NCBI GenBank assembly: GCA_052279835.1
Contig: CP181291.1
Coordinates: forward strand, 1,184,001 to 1,248,000
Length of the DNA stretch: 64,000 bases
Origin: Microcoleus sp.
GTDB lineage: Bacteria; Cyanobacteriota; Cyanobacteriia; Cyanobacteriales; Microcoleaceae
Direction: 5' to 3'
Part shown: piece by piece, positions 9,866-21,134 of the stretch
Layout of the letters: every line of letters begins with the position of its first letter
How positions within the stretch are numbered: the stretch's first letter is position 1
Position numbers and translations under genes: made by a program
The notes under the pieces: generated by a model
What the model saw: the letters and a program-made list of their open reading frames with translations, nothing else
The model's database searches: none
What the model was told of the DNA's origin: nothing

Positions 9866-11335
9866 ATGATTCGCGACGACATTGTTAGTCTCAGGACCCA
9901 TATCCTCAAACGTACCTGCGCCGTCGCCTTGCTAGCGTTAACTTTGGGGTGTTCGCCAACGCAGCCGCCAAACACCGCAGCGGTCTCCGGGGCGATCGAA
10001 TCAGCGGCCCAAGCACAGCCCCTAGAACCAGTTGTGGCTAATAACTCCAAAAACTCCAAAAAGTTCGCTAGCGCCCGTTCTTGCGCCGAAAATGATGGCT
10101 TCACGGAGTCAGTAAACTTTGCCACCCAAGCCTCTAATTTGGCTCAATCAGCCAATTCAAAACAAGAGTGGGATGAAGTAGCAGCCCTGTGGGTGCAAGC
10201 TGTAGCTTGGATGCAAGCTGTTCCTCCAAGCAGTCCCAAACGGGCTTTTGCTGAGAAAAAAGTGGTGGAATACATGAGAAACCTGGCTTATTCGCAACAG
10301 CAAGCAGGTGCAAACCGTCAAACTTCCGCCAGCTTCAGTAGCGATTTGCTTAACCAACAGCTAGAACTTTACCTATCCTACGTGGCGACGGTGGGCCCGC
10401 CTGATGTTTTGATTGTGGGGAGTTCGCGGGCGCTCCAAGGTGTCGATCCCAAAGCACTAAAACAATCTTTGGCGCAAAAGGGTCGATCGGGCTTAACCAT
10501 ATTTAATTTTGCAGTCAATGGTGCCACCGCACAAGTAGTTGACTTTCAACTGCGGCGACTATTAAAACCCCAGCATTTACCTCAAATGATTGTCTGGGCT
10601 GATGGAGTACGGGCGTTCAATAGTGGTAGAGTCGATCGCACTTTTAACTCAATTATCGCTTCTGAGGGCAATCAACTTTTAGTTGCCGGTATTCGCCCTA
10701 AACTGCCAGAAGATGAACCCAGTGTGATTCCCCAGTGTTACCAATTTCCCCAACCTTGTCGCAGGGGTGGTTTTCACAAAGCAAGTATCTTGCCTGTTGC
10801 TAAAATGGACGATCGTAGAATAGGTATCTTGTCGGTTGCTAACACTGCTGTCATGGCCATCAATTCAGTCAGCGACTTGGCAAACTCGATCGACTCCAAC
10901 GGATTTATGCCCCTGTCTGTCCGTTACAATCCCAACACCTACTATAACGATCGCCCTTATGTTTCTGGTAGATTCGATCGCGACTACGAAAACTTTAACC
11001 TCGCTGGTAAACAAGCCCAAGCCTTCAATTCAGTCATCGCTTTGACAAAAAGTCGCAAAATTCCATTGGTTTTTGTGAATTTACCCCTCACCGACGACTA
11101 TCTAGACGACACTCGTATCTGGGCCCAAGAACAATTTCGGCAACGAATGCAGCAACTCTCCCGCCAAAAAGGTTTCGCTTTCCGAGACTTATCCCAGCAG
11201 TGGCCCAGTCGCCATGAGTATTTTTTTGATCCTAGCCATCTTAATCGGTTTGGGGCGATCGCGGTTTCTCGTCTCATCGCCGCCGATACTAGCATCACAT
11301 GGCCGAACCCGAAATCCCGAAGCATCGACGGTTGA
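9866..11335 (+). CDS. Putative lipoprotein with SGNH-like (DUF1574-like) domain
   Basis: Lipobox-like LTLGC; VLIVGSSR, NFAVNGAT and FFDPSHLN match SGNH blocks I, II and V. Confidence 0.65.
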   Translation: MIRDDIVSLRTHILKRTCAVALLALTLGCSPTQPPNTAAVSGAIESAAQAQPLEPVVANNSKNSKKFASARSCAENDGFTESVNFATQASNLAQSANSKQEWDEVAALWVQAVAWMQAVPPSSPKRAFAEKKVVEYMRNLAYSQQQAGANRQTSASFSSDLLNQQLELYLSYVATVGPPDVLIVGSSRALQGVDPKALKQSLAQKGRSGLTIFNFAVNGATAQVVDFQLRRLLKPQHLPQMIVWADGVRAFNSGRVDRTFNSIIASEGNQLLVAGIRPKLPEDEPSVIPQCYQFPQPCRRGGFHKASILPVAKMDDRRIGILSVANTAVMAINSVSDLANSIDSNGFMPLSVRYNPNTYYNDRPYVSGRFDRDYENFNLAGKQAQAFNSVIALTKSRKIPLVFVNLPLTDDYLDDTRIWAQEQFRQRMQQLSRQKGFAFRDLSQQWPSRHEYFFDPSHLNRFGAIAVSRLIAADTSITWPNPKSRSIDG

Positions 11336-11441
11336 GCTCAAATCCTCTCTCTTCTCGGACTCTGTGTTCTCTGCGCTTAGATGGTTCCGGTGCCACCGCA
11401 ATTGATATCATGGCGATCGGCAACGGATTCGATCTCAATTT

Positions 11442-11954
11442 TTAATAATCGCAAAACAGAGTTTCGCGAGTAGCCCTACCAGTTACCGGATTAGTACCTT
11501 TTGCCACTTGACAAAGTTTTTTTATCATATCATCTCGCAGCAATGTCTCAGTAAAATCAGCACCGTCAATCACCGCTCCTTCAAGTCTGGTATTGTAAGC
11601 AAAAGCACCCTCAAGAATAGCATTAGTTAAATTTGCTTTCATCATGCGAGCCAAGTCTAAAGTAGCACCTGTGAAATTAGCACCTTCTAAATTTGCTTCT
11701 TCCATATTGGCTGCAAAAAAACTCACGCCCCGCAAATCTGCATTAGTAAAATTGCTGTTGCGAAGATTAGCTTTATTAAAACTGTCGTCTGTGAGCACCC
11801 GGCCAGTAAAATCAGCGCCAACAAGGATTTCTTTGTCGTGATCCAAGGCTAGGGCTGGTGCGGGATTAATGCCGATCGCCCCAGCGACAAATACTGCTAG
11901 AATAACAACACTGAGCAAGAAAGTATAAATATGTTGGCGAATTCGAGAATTCAT
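11442..11954 (-). CDS. Pentapeptide repeat protein (exported/thylakoid lumen type)
   Basis: Signal ending PALA, A(D/N)LxX repeats, C-terminal [22 protein letters not shown]. Confidence 0.9.
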   Translation of the reverse strand: MNSRIRQHIYTFLLSVVILAVFVAGAIGINPAPALALDHDKEILVGADFTGRVLTDDSFNKANLRNSNFTNADLRGVSFFAANMEEANLEGANFTGATLDLARMMKANLTNAILEGAFAYNTRLEGAVIDGADFTETLLRDDMIKKLCQVAKGTNPVTGRATRETLFCDY

Positions 11955-11968
11955 ACAAGTTAGCGCTA

Positions 11969-12577
11969 ATGAGCATCTGTGATAGTTCAAAATTGAATTT
12001 TACCAGAAAGGGCGATCGCCCGTTAGCGAAGCCCTCGAACCGGATTGCTCTTGCTGACTCCAATTGTTCCCCATCTTCCCACTCTCGCCAACTCGGCACT
12101 TTAGGAGAAAACTTAGTCTCCGAGTGGTTGCAGCAGCAAGGCTGGGAAATCCTGCACCGACAATGGCACTGTCGATGGGGAGAAATTGATATCATTGCAC
12201 AGGGAACAGATCGAGAGAGTACAATCCAGGAATGTCATCAAAACTCCCGATTCCCCATTCCCGATTTCCCATCTCCGACTTTAGCATTTGTAGAGGTTAA
12301 AACTCGCAGTCGGGGCAATTGGGATACCGATGGAATCCTGGCTATTAGTGCGGCGAAACAAGCAAAAATTTGGCAAACTGCCGAAATATTTTTAAGCGCT
12401 TACCCCGATTTAGCAAATAATCCCTGTCGTTTTGATGTCGCCCTAGTCAGGTGCGAATCTTCAGGGCTAAAGACTCACAAAAGATTATCATCAACGACAG
12501 CCAACTCTCAACCCGCACTTACAGGCACTTACCTGCTCACTTTGCAAGAATACATTCGATCGGCTTTTAGCCATTAA
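11969..12577 (+). CDS. yraN: YraN family (UPF0102) endonuclease-like protein
   Basis: [37 protein letters not shown]; start uncertain. Confidence 0.85.
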   Translation: MSICDSSKLNFTRKGDRPLAKPSNRIALADSNCSPSSHSRQLGTLGENLVSEWLQQQGWEILHRQWHCRWGEIDIIAQGTDRESTIQECHQNSRFPIPDFPSPTLAFVEVKTRSRGNWDTDGILAISAAKQAKIWQTAEIFLSAYPDLANNPCRFDVALVRCESSGLKTHKRLSSTTANSQPALTGTYLLTLQEYIRSAFSH

Positions 12578-12677
12578 AAATGTCATCTGATTTGAAATTT
12601 TAGATATTAGATGTTAGATTCTGAAATTGTTGCTGCCCCGCCGAGTGCCATCACAGCCAATTTCTGCGCCCCTGAGA

Positions 12678-13067
12678 TCAGGCCAAAGTTTCGGGACAAT
12701 ATCCGAGTCCCTTGACAAACTGATGGCGAAAGGCTTCAATTTCCTTGCGATCGGGACTTCCGTGACAAACTACGGCTACCTGGTAACGGCGCATCACGCT
12801 CAGGGGCGACTGTCCCGTTTCCAAACTCCAAAGTGCCATTTGTAACCGAATTTCAGGATCGTAAGGAATCCCAAGTTCATTCATAAAAGCCCGAAAATCC
12901 CCGTGCATTTCTGGAGTTAAATATTGGCTCATTTTCACCTTGACTACCCAACCGTTAATTTGGTGAATCACGGTGATAAATTGCAAGGGCAGATGACTAG
13001 CCCTGCGTAGGTAATCCACGACTCTCAGAGTGAGGCTAGTATTGGCGATGTAGTAGAGGTATTCCAT
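12678..13067 (-). CDS. Conserved-looking cyanobacterial hypothetical protein
   Basis: 129-aa ORF with RBS-like GAAGGA upstream and protein-like composition; no function recognised. Confidence 0.7.
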   Translation of the reverse strand: MEYLYYIANTSLTLRVVDYLRRASHLPLQFITVIHQINGWVVKVKMSQYLTPEMHGDFRAFMNELGIPYDPEIRLQMALWSLETGQSPLSVMRRYQVAVVCHGSPDRKEIEAFRHQFVKGLGYCPETLA

Positions 13068-13212
13068 AACTATCCTTCGAGCAAAGCTGATGCTACACCT
13101 CTATTCTCCCCTTCTAGATCCGCCGCTACAAGGGGAAAAGCACCCTACTTTGGATGGGGGTTTTTACCCAATTTGTTACCAAGTTGACAGATTTTTGACA
13201 GGAATTCACCCG

Positions 13213-14382
13213 ATGACAGAGATAGACTGGTCTTTGGACGCCTATGACTACGAACTTCCCCCCTCGCGGATTGCCCAAAATCCCGTAGTGCCTAGGGATA
13301 GTTCCCGCTTGCTGGTGGTAGATTCTGCGAGTACACAACAACACCGGATTTTCCAAGATTTGCCAGATTTACTCAACCCAGGCGATTTGCTGGTACTCAA
13401 CAATACTCGCGTACTCCCAGCTAGGCTCTACGGGCACAAACCCAATGGCCCGGCTGTGGAGATCTTGTTGATGGAAGAACGACAACACAATTGCTGGCTG
13501 GCTTTGGTTAAACCCGGAAAACGCTTGAAGTTGGGAGCGAAAATAGAGTTCGATCGGATCGCTCCACATGGCCACGAGGAAGCCTCCGGCCCCTGTTGTT
13601 GCCTTGGCCAAGCCACAGGGGCGACATTACCCGATCGCCTGACTGCGACAGTTATAGAAAGGGACGATGCCACAGGAGGGCGGCTGTTGGAGTTTAATCT
13701 GCCCACAGAAATGTCTCTCATACCTTTTTTGGACGATTATGGTCACGTACCCCTACCGCCCTACATTGACAATTCCCAAGCAGCACCAGAACAGTACCAG
13801 ACTGTTTATGCTAATCGACTAGGCGCGATCGCAGCCCCCACTGCTGGCCTACACTTCACCCAAGACTTGTTCAGCCGCTTGCAGCAGCGGGGAATTGAAA
13901 AAACTTTTGTCACCCTCCATGTTGGAGTCGGGACTTTTCGCCCCGTGGAGGTGGAAGACGTGACGACTCACCAGATGCACCGGGAAAGGGTGGAAGTATC
14001 CCCCGCCACCGTCGAAAAAATCCGCGAAACTAAAGCCAGAGGCGGCCGGATTATTGCTGTGGGTACGACAGCAGTGCGAGCTTTGGAAGGGGCGGCCGCG
14101 GCCACAGAGACCAAAATTGGTGATTTTCCCTTGCAACCTTTTTATGGCCAGACAAATTTGTTTATTTATCCTGGTTATAAATGGCGGGTAGTAGATGGGA
14201 TGATTACCAATTTTCACTTACCCCGCTCTACTTTGTTAATGATGATCAGTGCGATGATTGGTCGATCGCGCGTGCTGGATTTATATAGAGAGGCCATCGC
14301 CCAGGAGTACCGCTTTTATTCCTTTGGCGATGCCATGCTGATTTTGCCCGAAGCGTATCAGATTAAACAGGTGATTGAATGA
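13213..14382 (+). CDS. queA: S-adenosylmethionine:tRNA ribosyltransferase-isomerase
   Basis: [58 protein letters not shown]. Confidence 0.97.
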   Translation: MTEIDWSLDAYDYELPPSRIAQNPVVPRDSSRLLVVDSASTQQHRIFQDLPDLLNPGDLLVLNNTRVLPARLYGHKPNGPAVEILLMEERQHNCWLALVKPGKRLKLGAKIEFDRIAPHGHEEASGPCCCLGQATGATLPDRLTATVIERDDATGGRLLEFNLPTEMSLIPFLDDYGHVPLPPYIDNSQAAPEQYQTVYANRLGAIAAPTAGLHFTQDLFSRLQQRGIEKTFVTLHVGVGTFRPVEVEDVTTHQMHRERVEVSPATVEKIRETKARGGRIIAVGTTAVRALEGAAAATETKIGDFPLQPFYGQTNLFIYPGYKWRVVDGMITNFHLPRSTLLMMISAMIGRSRVLDLYREAIAQEYRFYSFGDAMLILPEAYQIKQVIE

Positions 14383-14412
14383 TGGGGCATCGGGTTGGCC
14401 CAATGCCCCCTC
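14381..14412. terminator. Hairpin between convergent queA and rpmF
   Basis: GGGGCATCGGG ttgg CCCAATGCCCC stem. Confidence 0.55.
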
Positions 14413-14420
14413 TTCCTGTT

Positions 14421-14594
14421 TTACTCTTCCTCTTCTTCTTCATTGCCGGGATACACGAAGCTGTTGGAACGTCCAGTCAGAACGGATTTGCCCAGGGACA
14501 AAGCTTTCTGAGCTGCCACCACAGCTTTGCGCTTCCAGGTTGCTTTACGCATATTCTTCTTGGATTTGGAGGTTTTCTTCTTAGGGACTGCCAT
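14421..14594 (-). CDS. rpmF: 50S ribosomal protein L32
   Basis: [24 protein letters not shown]...ALSLGKS. Confidence 0.97.
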   Translation of the reverse strand: MAVPKKKTSKSKKNMRKATWKRKAVVAAQKALSLGKSVLTGRSNSFVYPGNEEEEEE

Positions 14595-14684
14595 GACCGT
14601 AAATACTTCTGCTGATATAGACAAACAAACATTCTAGCTGATTTTGCCGATCGTGCTGTGTCGATCGACAGCAACTGCCCCGTC

Positions 14685-14788
14685 ATATCAAATCCGTTGA
14701 CATCGGAATTATGATTTCTCTCTTCTCTTTCTCTGTGTCCTCTGTGTTCTCTGTGGTTTAATCATTCCGATACAACCGGAATTGAGAT
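14685..14788. repeat. About 105-bp MITE-like dispersed element (ATATCAAATCCG...CGGAATTGA(G/T)AT with CTCTGTG core)
   Basis: Terminal inverted repeats; near-identical inverted copy at 32640-32744; degenerate copies near 4130-4215, 11335-11440, 17760-17866, 20532-20600, 38280-38386 and 49120-49208. Confidence 0.75.
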
Positions 14789-14841
14789 CGCGGGCGATCG
14801 ACTCAGACGCAGCAGCAGGGCGTGAGACCACTTTGGCTAGA

Positions 14842-15318
14842 CTAGAGTTCGTGAAAGTAATACATCACAACGCCAGTTACGGGGTCGTTCTCAATACTGA
14901 CATAACCGGTTTTCAGCATTGCCGTGAAGGCTTCTTCCACTTCGGCAAAGGTAGCACCAGTTGCCATCACCCCCTGAGTGACTGACAATTTTCCGCTTTT
15001 GAGATAAGCTGCTTTCAGAAGTTTCACCCCCAACTGGTCGGGAGTTTGCTTGGGATATGTCTGGGCGATCGCCCCGTTGATTGGATGTAGTGGTATCCCT
15101 GTCGCAGATACACCCAGTTTGCCCCGGAGAGTCGCCTGATGTTCCTCCACCATGTTCGGGAGCAGCAGTAAGTCAAACAGTTGTCCAAACCCAAATAACC
15201 CAAAGGTAAACAGCCACAGCAAACCCGTACCAATCTTGCCGTTATAAAGACGGTGGAGTCCGAAGGGGCCGAAAAAACAAGCAGCCCATAAAAGGTAACT
15301 AACACCTAAATTGCTCAT
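14842..15318 (-). CDS. TM2/NINE domain membrane protein
   Basis: [46 protein letters not shown]. Confidence 0.85.
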   Translation of the reverse strand: MSNLGVSYLLWAACFFGPFGLHRLYNGKIGTGLLWLFTFGLFGFGQLFDLLLLPNMVEEHQATLRGKLGVSATGIPLHPINGAIAQTYPKQTPDQLGVKLLKAAYLKSGKLSVTQGVMATGATFAEVEEAFTAMLKTGYVSIENDPVTGVVMYYFHEL

Positions 15319-15684
15319 TTTCTGAACGTCCTGCCTGCTTATTCTAAGAATTCGAGTCCGTTATATCTATATTCTGTACTGTCGGTTAGGTGTTTAAACA
15401 GCTTGACACCCGACTTTATTTGTGCATGGTCATAAATTATGGGACGCAATTCCCGATGCCGATGAGTAATTCTGCGTAGCAATTCTTAATGCCAGCAACA
15501 TATTCCGTGGGTCAAGAAATTGGTACACTGGAGAACGTGGAAATTACAGCAGGTTTGCCTCCCTTGATTCCACCCAGACTACCCCACCGTAGTTCCGTGG
15601 AAAAAAATAGAGGCTACCGCGGGTGATCGCCATACCTGAAAACTGAAACCAGCCAGTAGTTATAAACAGAAATCCAATAAAAAT

Positions 15685-16761
15685 ATGGTAGATTCCCTCA
15701 AAAAACCAACTTTTGAAGAAATGCGGCCGGGAGTAAAAACCCCAGCCAAAGAAACTATTCTCACACCGAGATTTTACACAACAGATTTTGACGAGATGGC
15801 AAAAATGGACATCTCGATCAACGAAGCCGAACTAGAAGCAATCATGCAAGAGTTCCGCGTTGACTACAACAAAAATCACTTCGTGCGGGATGAGGAGTTC
15901 GCTCAATCTTGGGATCACATTGACGGCGAAAAGCGCCAGTTATTCATTGAATTTCTGGAACGTTCCTGCACGGCTGAGTTTTCTGGGTTCTTGCTGTACA
16001 AAGAATTGGCTCGCAAGCTCAAGGACAAAAATCCTGTGCTAGCGGAGGGTTTCTCCCTCATGTCACGGGATGAAGCGCGGCACGCCGGATTCCTCAACAA
16101 AGCTTTGTCGGATTTTAATTTGTCCCTGGATTTGGGTTTCCTGACTAAGAGCCGCAGCTACACTTTCTTTAAGCCGAAGTTCATTTTCTACGCTACTTAC
16201 TTGTCTGAAAAGATTGGTTATTGGCGCTACATCACCATTTACCAACACTTAAAGGCTCACCCTGAAGACCAAATTTATCCGATTTTCCGATTCTTTGAAA
16301 ATTGGTGTCAGGATGAAAACCGCCACGGAGATTTCTTCGATGCGGTGATGAGAGCTCAGCCTCAGATGTTGAACGATTGGAAGGCAAAACTTTGGTGTCG
16401 CTTCTTCTTGCTGTCGGTATTCGCCACCATGTATCTCAATGATATCCAGAGAGCGGGTTTTTATCGATCGCTAGGTCTAGATGCTCGCGAATACGACATC
16501 GAAGTCATCAAAAAAACCAACGAAACCGCCGGTCGAGTATTCCCAGTCATGCTAGATGTGAACAATCCAGAATTTTACGAACGTCTGGATGTTTGTCTCA
16601 AGAACAATCAAAAATTGACCGCAATTGTTGAGTCAAATACTCCCAAATTCTTGCAATTGTTCCAAAAATTGCCTCTGTATTTGTCCAATGGCTGGCAATT
16701 ACTGAAGCTTTACTTCATGAAGACCATCGAATCACCTTCTGTTGAGGGTGCTGTACGTTAA
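15685..16761 (+). CDS. acsF: Mg-protoporphyrin IX monomethyl ester oxidative cyclase
   Basis: [35 protein letters not shown] and DENRHGDFF di-iron motifs. Confidence 0.97.
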   Translation: MVDSLKKPTFEEMRPGVKTPAKETILTPRFYTTDFDEMAKMDISINEAELEAIMQEFRVDYNKNHFVRDEEFAQSWDHIDGEKRQLFIEFLERSCTAEFSGFLLYKELARKLKDKNPVLAEGFSLMSRDEARHAGFLNKALSDFNLSLDLGFLTKSRSYTFFKPKFIFYATYLSEKIGYWRYITIYQHLKAHPEDQIYPIFRFFENWCQDENRHGDFFDAVMRAQPQMLNDWKAKLWCRFFLLSVFATMYLNDIQRAGFYRSLGLDAREYDIEVIKKTNETAGRVFPVMLDVNNPEFYERLDVCLKNNQKLTAIVESNTPKFLQLFQKLPLYLSNGWQLLKLYFMKTIESPSVEGAVR

Positions 16762-16787
16762 TTTGGCATTTTCGCTCGTATTTTAGG

Positions 16788-16820
16788 GCGGTTCTGCGGC
16801 CAGCAGAGCCGCTTTTTTTT
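16788..16820 (+). terminator. Rho-independent terminator of acsF
   Basis: GCGGTTCTGC ggcca GCAGAGCCGC followed by T8. Confidence 0.8.
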
Positions 16821-16905
16821 GATATATAGGAAGTTTCCTTACAGATACTTCTATTTTCCTCCCAGGGCTGAAGCCACTGGGTTTCTAAGATCCCGTGAGG
16901 TTTTT

Positions 16906-17655
16906 ATGAAATTTAAACGTTTTGGAAAATACCCGATCGCATTTATGCTAGTTTTGCTATGTGCGATTCCCTACGGGATAGCTTCGCTTCACGGTCTGCA
17001 CCATCCCACATTTGTCCGTGCCCAGGAGCCCCCACAAGTGCAATCTCCCCAACCAGAATTAAACCCCGTAGTACCTGAAAGTATTTTCATGAGTCAACTT
17101 CCCAATTGGGCGCGACTGGTTGATATCCGCACTGTCAATCCCAACATTCGTCTCGATATTCGCTACGCCACAGCTAACAATTTCTTAAAACGAAAACTAT
17201 ACTCCACAGCCAAATGTGCCTTGAGAAGTTCTGTTGCTCAAAAGTTAGCGCTAGTTCAAACAGATTTAGAAAAAATCGGATTGGGTTTGAAAGTTTACGA
17301 TTGCTACAGGCCTTTCTCTGTTACAAAACAAATGTGGCAAGTTTTGCCAGACCCCCGCTATGTGGCTAATCCTGCGAGGGGTTCGCGTCACAATCGCGGT
17401 GCTGCTATTGATTTAACTTTAGTCGATCGCACGGGCAAAGAATTAGAAATGCCCACACCCTTTGATGATTTTACCGTAAAAGCTCACAGAGATTATCAAG
17501 GAGGCAGCGCGCAATCTCGGAAAAATCGTCAATTGCTGGAAGATGCGATGAAAAAGCAAGGATTTATGGGAATCACAACAGAATGGTGGCACTTTGATTC
17601 AGAAGATTGGGAAAAGTTTGCGATTCTTGATATTTCCCTAGGAGCGATTCCTTAA
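16906..17655 (+). CDS. ddpX: D-alanyl-D-alanine dipeptidase (VanX/DdpX, peptidase M15)
   Basis: DIRYATANNF, DCYRP, SRHNRGAAIDLT, EWWHFD; N-terminal signal/TM segment. Confidence 0.9.
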   Translation: MKFKRFGKYPIAFMLVLLCAIPYGIASLHGLHHPTFVRAQEPPQVQSPQPELNPVVPESIFMSQLPNWARLVDIRTVNPNIRLDIRYATANNFLKRKLYSTAKCALRSSVAQKLALVQTDLEKIGLGLKVYDCYRPFSVTKQMWQVLPDPRYVANPARGSRHNRGAAIDLTLVDRTGKELEMPTPFDDFTVKAHRDYQGGSAQSRKNRQLLEDAMKKQGFMGITTEWWHFDSEDWEKFAILDISLGAIP

Positions 17656-17658
17656 TTT

Positions 17659-17750
17659 TAGGACTTACGCACTCCCAAAAAGAAACCGGATTTTTTAGCG
17701 AATCTGTGCGCCTCCGGGAAGTATTTTCGTAAAAACTTGGTTTCTCACTA
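17659..17750. repeat. AGAAACCGG...CCGGTTTCT family dispersed element with TAGGACTTACGCA end
   Basis: Similar to 52610-52763, 53915-54006 and 62541-62640. Confidence 0.6.
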
Positions 17751-17892
17751 CCAATCCGTAATATCGTTGACCGTTGCATGGTCATGATTTAACCGCAGAG
17801 AGCGCAGAGGACACAGAGGGAGAGAATAGAGAGATGAATAATTCCGATGAAGAGAGGATTTGAGATAATTCCTATGTTACAAACCTGCACAC

Positions 17893-18738
17893 TTATCGGA
17901 CTTTTACTGAAAATTCATATTCGTATCCTCGGAAATTTGAGTCTAGTTGAAATGTGTAATTACCAGTAACGGGAATTTTTCCACTCCACTCAGTTGGATT
18001 GTTTTGATAAGGATCTCCTCCCAACAGTTTCCCGTCAGGACTCAAAATTTGTGGAAAAACATCTTTGCGGTTCCTCACAGTCATTGTTTGACCCTTAGCG
18101 GCGCGAATTATGTAAGAGTGACTGCCACCACCAATAATTCTACCTTTCACAATTGCCTCATTACCCCCAGGCAAAAAATTAATCTCCTGTCGCACATTGG
18201 GACAACTACTTTCGGTGCGGTTTTTGGCAATCCAACCGGTAACTGGATCGGTAATTCGCAACCAACCATTTTCTTCTGCGGCGACGGAAACAAAGGTATT
18301 ATTTTTGAGTGTTCCTACTATTTTGCTGTCTGCTAATCCTGGGTTCGATCGCACATTTAGCGGTGGATTGGGATCGGTGACTACAGCCATACTGATTTTG
18401 CAGCCCCCATCGGGAGGTGTGATGGATATCGGCTCAACTTTTTGCTTCGAGTTTTCTGGGATTACAGAAGATGTAACTGGGGAATTTTTTGCAGGTTGGG
18501 GTTGAAATTTCTGAGATTGGATGGGTCTGGTTTTTAGTTCCAGTGGTTCTGTTTTCTGAGATTTAGGAATTGTGGTTGGAACCGCTGAAGTAGTTTTTTT
18601 GTCGGATAGCGCTGATTCTGTCACGGCAGGATTTGAGACTTGCATCGAACCTGACTGTATGGTTGCCCAGGCTACTCCGATCGCCGTTGATAGCCCTGCT
18701 AGGCAGAGGATGATGATTTGGCTAGTTTTTAATGACAT
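17893..18738 (-). CDS. Exported bacterial SH3 domain protein
   Basis: N-terminal TM, Pro/Ser/Thr-rich linker, DPNPPLNVRSNP...GWLRI...GWIA SH3b pattern, C-terminal beta-rich domain. Confidence 0.8.
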   Translation of the reverse strand: MSLKTSQIIILCLAGLSTAIGVAWATIQSGSMQVSNPAVTESALSDKKTTSAVPTTIPKSQKTEPLELKTRPIQSQKFQPQPAKNSPVTSSVIPENSKQKVEPISITPPDGGCKISMAVVTDPNPPLNVRSNPGLADSKIVGTLKNNTFVSVAAEENGWLRITDPVTGWIAKNRTESSCPNVRQEINFLPGGNEAIVKGRIIGGGSHSYIIRAAKGQTMTVRNRKDVFPQILSPDGKLLGGDPYQNNPTEWSGKIPVTGNYTFQLDSNFRGYEYEFSVKVR

Positions 18739-19135
18739 ATATTTTTGAAATATTTATGGATGTTTGGAAGCGCTATATCCAGAATAATCAACAACAGGAG
18801 GTGAGGGCAAATTCTACAGAACAATCCTATTAGGGCAAAGTTTACCGAAAAAATGGGGTGCATCTCAATTTTACAAATATATTCGTAGGGGCGAAGCATG
18901 ACCGCAGACAATTTATTAGGGATAACCAGAGATTTACAGCGGTCATGCTTCGCCTATGCAAAATCGGGATGCTCCCAAAAAATGGGTCTAAAGCCCCGTG
19001 CTTCCGGCTGCCGGAGATGTCCAATTCTAGTTAATCTTTACTCAACACCTATAGTGATGCTACTGTTGCTGTGAGCCAGTTGTGCCTAATCTGGCAAAGC
19101 AAGCATCCAGGGTAAGGTTGAGCTGATTAACTAAA

Positions 19136-20509
19136 ATGTCAAGATTGATTCATCTGAGATTACAACCGCCTCGCGATCGATTACTCCAGGATGTGAAACG
19201 GGAAGTCCAAGCATCTCGATCGCACTCTTTGCACAATGCCGTATTATCCAACCTCCGTCAAGAAGCTGCGCCTCCCGGTGTCAACCGCTGTTGGGATGTG
19301 GAAGTCAAGGTGGGAAACCGTCCTAGTTTTCAGCTACCTCCCAAAGCTAGCGTGGCTAAAGTGTTCGATCGCACGGGGGGTAAATTGGTCATTTTGGGCG
19401 CGACGGGTGCCGGAAAAACCACTACACTATTGGAATTAGCTCTGGTCTTAGTTTCCCGCGCCCAAAAAGATGCTACAAAGCCGATACCGATACTATTTGA
19501 ACTCGGTACTTGGAAAGCCGAATCCGGGGCGATCGCCGATTGGTTAATTGCTCAACTTAAATTTAAATACGACATCCCCACGGCTGTAGGTAAAAAGTGG
19601 CTTAACGAGCACAAATTACTGCCTTTGCTCGATGGTTTTGACGAAGTAGAAACTCACCGCCAAGACTTGTGTATTCAAGCAATAAATCAGTTTATTGAAA
19701 GTGAAATACAACCTCAACACTTAGTAGTTTGTAGCAATTTTGAAGTTTACAAAAACTGTCAAAATAGATTTAGTCTGCACGCAGCAGTTTTATTGAAACC
19801 TCTGACAGAAACTCAAATTAAAAATTATCTTTTAGAAGCCAGAAGTCGCGAACTTTGGTATAGCCTTGAGCAGGAGCCGGATTTGTTAAAAATGGCTAAA
19901 GCACCACTATTGTTAAGCATGATGGCTTTGGCCTACGAGGACATTTTAATCGAATCTTGGAAGCGTTTAAATTCAGCGGAAGAACAACGCAAATATCTAT
20001 TGACAGCCTACATTCGTCGCCAAATGACTGGGGAAGTGAAGCAGTATCCCAGAGGTAAAGAACTGCGATCGGAACAAATACGGCACTGGCTGGGATGGCT
20101 GGCGAACAAGATGGAACAGCAAGGAATTCAAGAAGTTTTACTCGATAAAATACCCTTTACCTGGCTAGAAACTGGCGAACAGCAGCGGGCGTATTACTTT
20201 GGAGTTAAGCTGCTGGGCGGGCTGATTTGGGTGATTTTGGGATTAGCGGTAACTTTGGTTAGTGGCTCGATTTGGGGATTGATAGCAGGGGCGATCGCAT
20301 CCGTAATTAGTGCTTTGTTACCGGGGATTCCAGCCCTTGAAAAATTTATCTTGCACCTAGTGCTGTGGTCTAATGGGTACATTCCTTGGAATTACAGTCT
20401 TTTTCTCGATGCAGCAGCGGGGCGCTTGCTGATGCAAAAAACGGGCGATCGGCGTTATCGATTTATTCACAATTTATTGCAAAAGCATTTTGCCCAAATT
20501 AGTCATTAG
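19136..20509 (+). CDS. NACHT-type NTPase with C-terminal TM segments
   Basis: ILGATGAGKTTTL Walker A, LPLLDGFDEV Walker B, PLLLSM, YRFIHNLLQKHF winged-helix motif. Confidence 0.85.
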   Translation: MSRLIHLRLQPPRDRLLQDVKREVQASRSHSLHNAVLSNLRQEAAPPGVNRCWDVEVKVGNRPSFQLPPKASVAKVFDRTGGKLVILGATGAGKTTTLLELALVLVSRAQKDATKPIPILFELGTWKAESGAIADWLIAQLKFKYDIPTAVGKKWLNEHKLLPLLDGFDEVETHRQDLCIQAINQFIESEIQPQHLVVCSNFEVYKNCQNRFSLHAAVLLKPLTETQIKNYLLEARSRELWYSLEQEPDLLKMAKAPLLLSMMALAYEDILIESWKRLNSAEEQRKYLLTAYIRRQMTGEVKQYPRGKELRSEQIRHWLGWLANKMEQQGIQEVLLDKIPFTWLETGEQQRAYYFGVKLLGGLIWVILGLAVTLVSGSIWGLIAGAIASVISALLPGIPALEKFILHLVLWSNGYIPWNYSLFLDAAAGRLLMQKTGDRRYRFIHNLLQKHFAQISH

Positions 20510-20601
20510 TTATGCGTAAGTCCTGTAGTTGTTATATCAATTCCTGTCTTCATAGGAATTATTCATTTCTGTCCGATCTCTCTGTGTTCTCTGTGTTCTC
20601 T

Positions 20602-20938
20602 AGTGAACTAATATTGATGGATCAAAGGGTAGTTCATTACTGTAGGTTGATTGACCGATCAAGTATTGCAAATAGGGGTTTTACCGGATTTGTTCGACGG
20701 TTTCCCGATCGCTAATTCCGAGTTTTTCTTTGATGATTAATGCCCCCAACGCCATCCGAAAGGATTTGGCTGGTGCACCCATTTCTGTGGGGAAGTTTTT
20801 AGCATATTCTGCTTCAAATTCTGACCACGGGATTACTTGGGTCATTTTTACCCAACGGTTATCTGGTGACAAGCTGCCTCCGAAGGGCAGTTCAAACTCG
20901 GATGGGGGTTGTGGGACCAGCTCAACTTTTCGGTACAC
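20602..20938 (-). pseudogene. IS5-family transposase pseudogene
   Basis: FELPFGGSLSPDNRWV...IPWSEFEAEY...RMALGALIIKEKLGISDRETVEQIR, in-frame TAA where E of ENPYLQY is expected, then NPYLQYLIGQSTYSNELPFDPSILVH and truncation. Confidence 0.8.
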
Positions 20939-21080
20939 GATCGCAGGTGGTGATGCACGGGTTTTGACCTATTTTACCTGTTTATCTTGCACTAAACTCT
21001 CGATCGCGCGTTAGCGGAGGCCTCGAAGAGGATCGAAAACCTTTCGCGACGTAATATGCGAGCGATTATTCAGCAAGCCC
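20602..21080 (-). mobile_element. Truncated IS5-family insertion sequence remnant (left end and 5' part of transposase)
   Basis: Putative end GGGCTTGCTGAATAATC (minus strand) near 21080; transposase N-terminus follows; sequence breaks into a CTCTGTG-type repeat at about 20600. Confidence 0.7.
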
Positions 21081-21134
21081 TATTTAACAGGGGAATGGGG
21101 AGAACTAACAATAGTTTCCGATCCACCGATACTT

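Noticed and set aside
16906..17655. vanX plus vanZ-like gene as a vancomycin resistance cluster
   Set aside because: The genes are about 46 kb apart, and both families are common housekeeping genes; no vanHA or vanRS.
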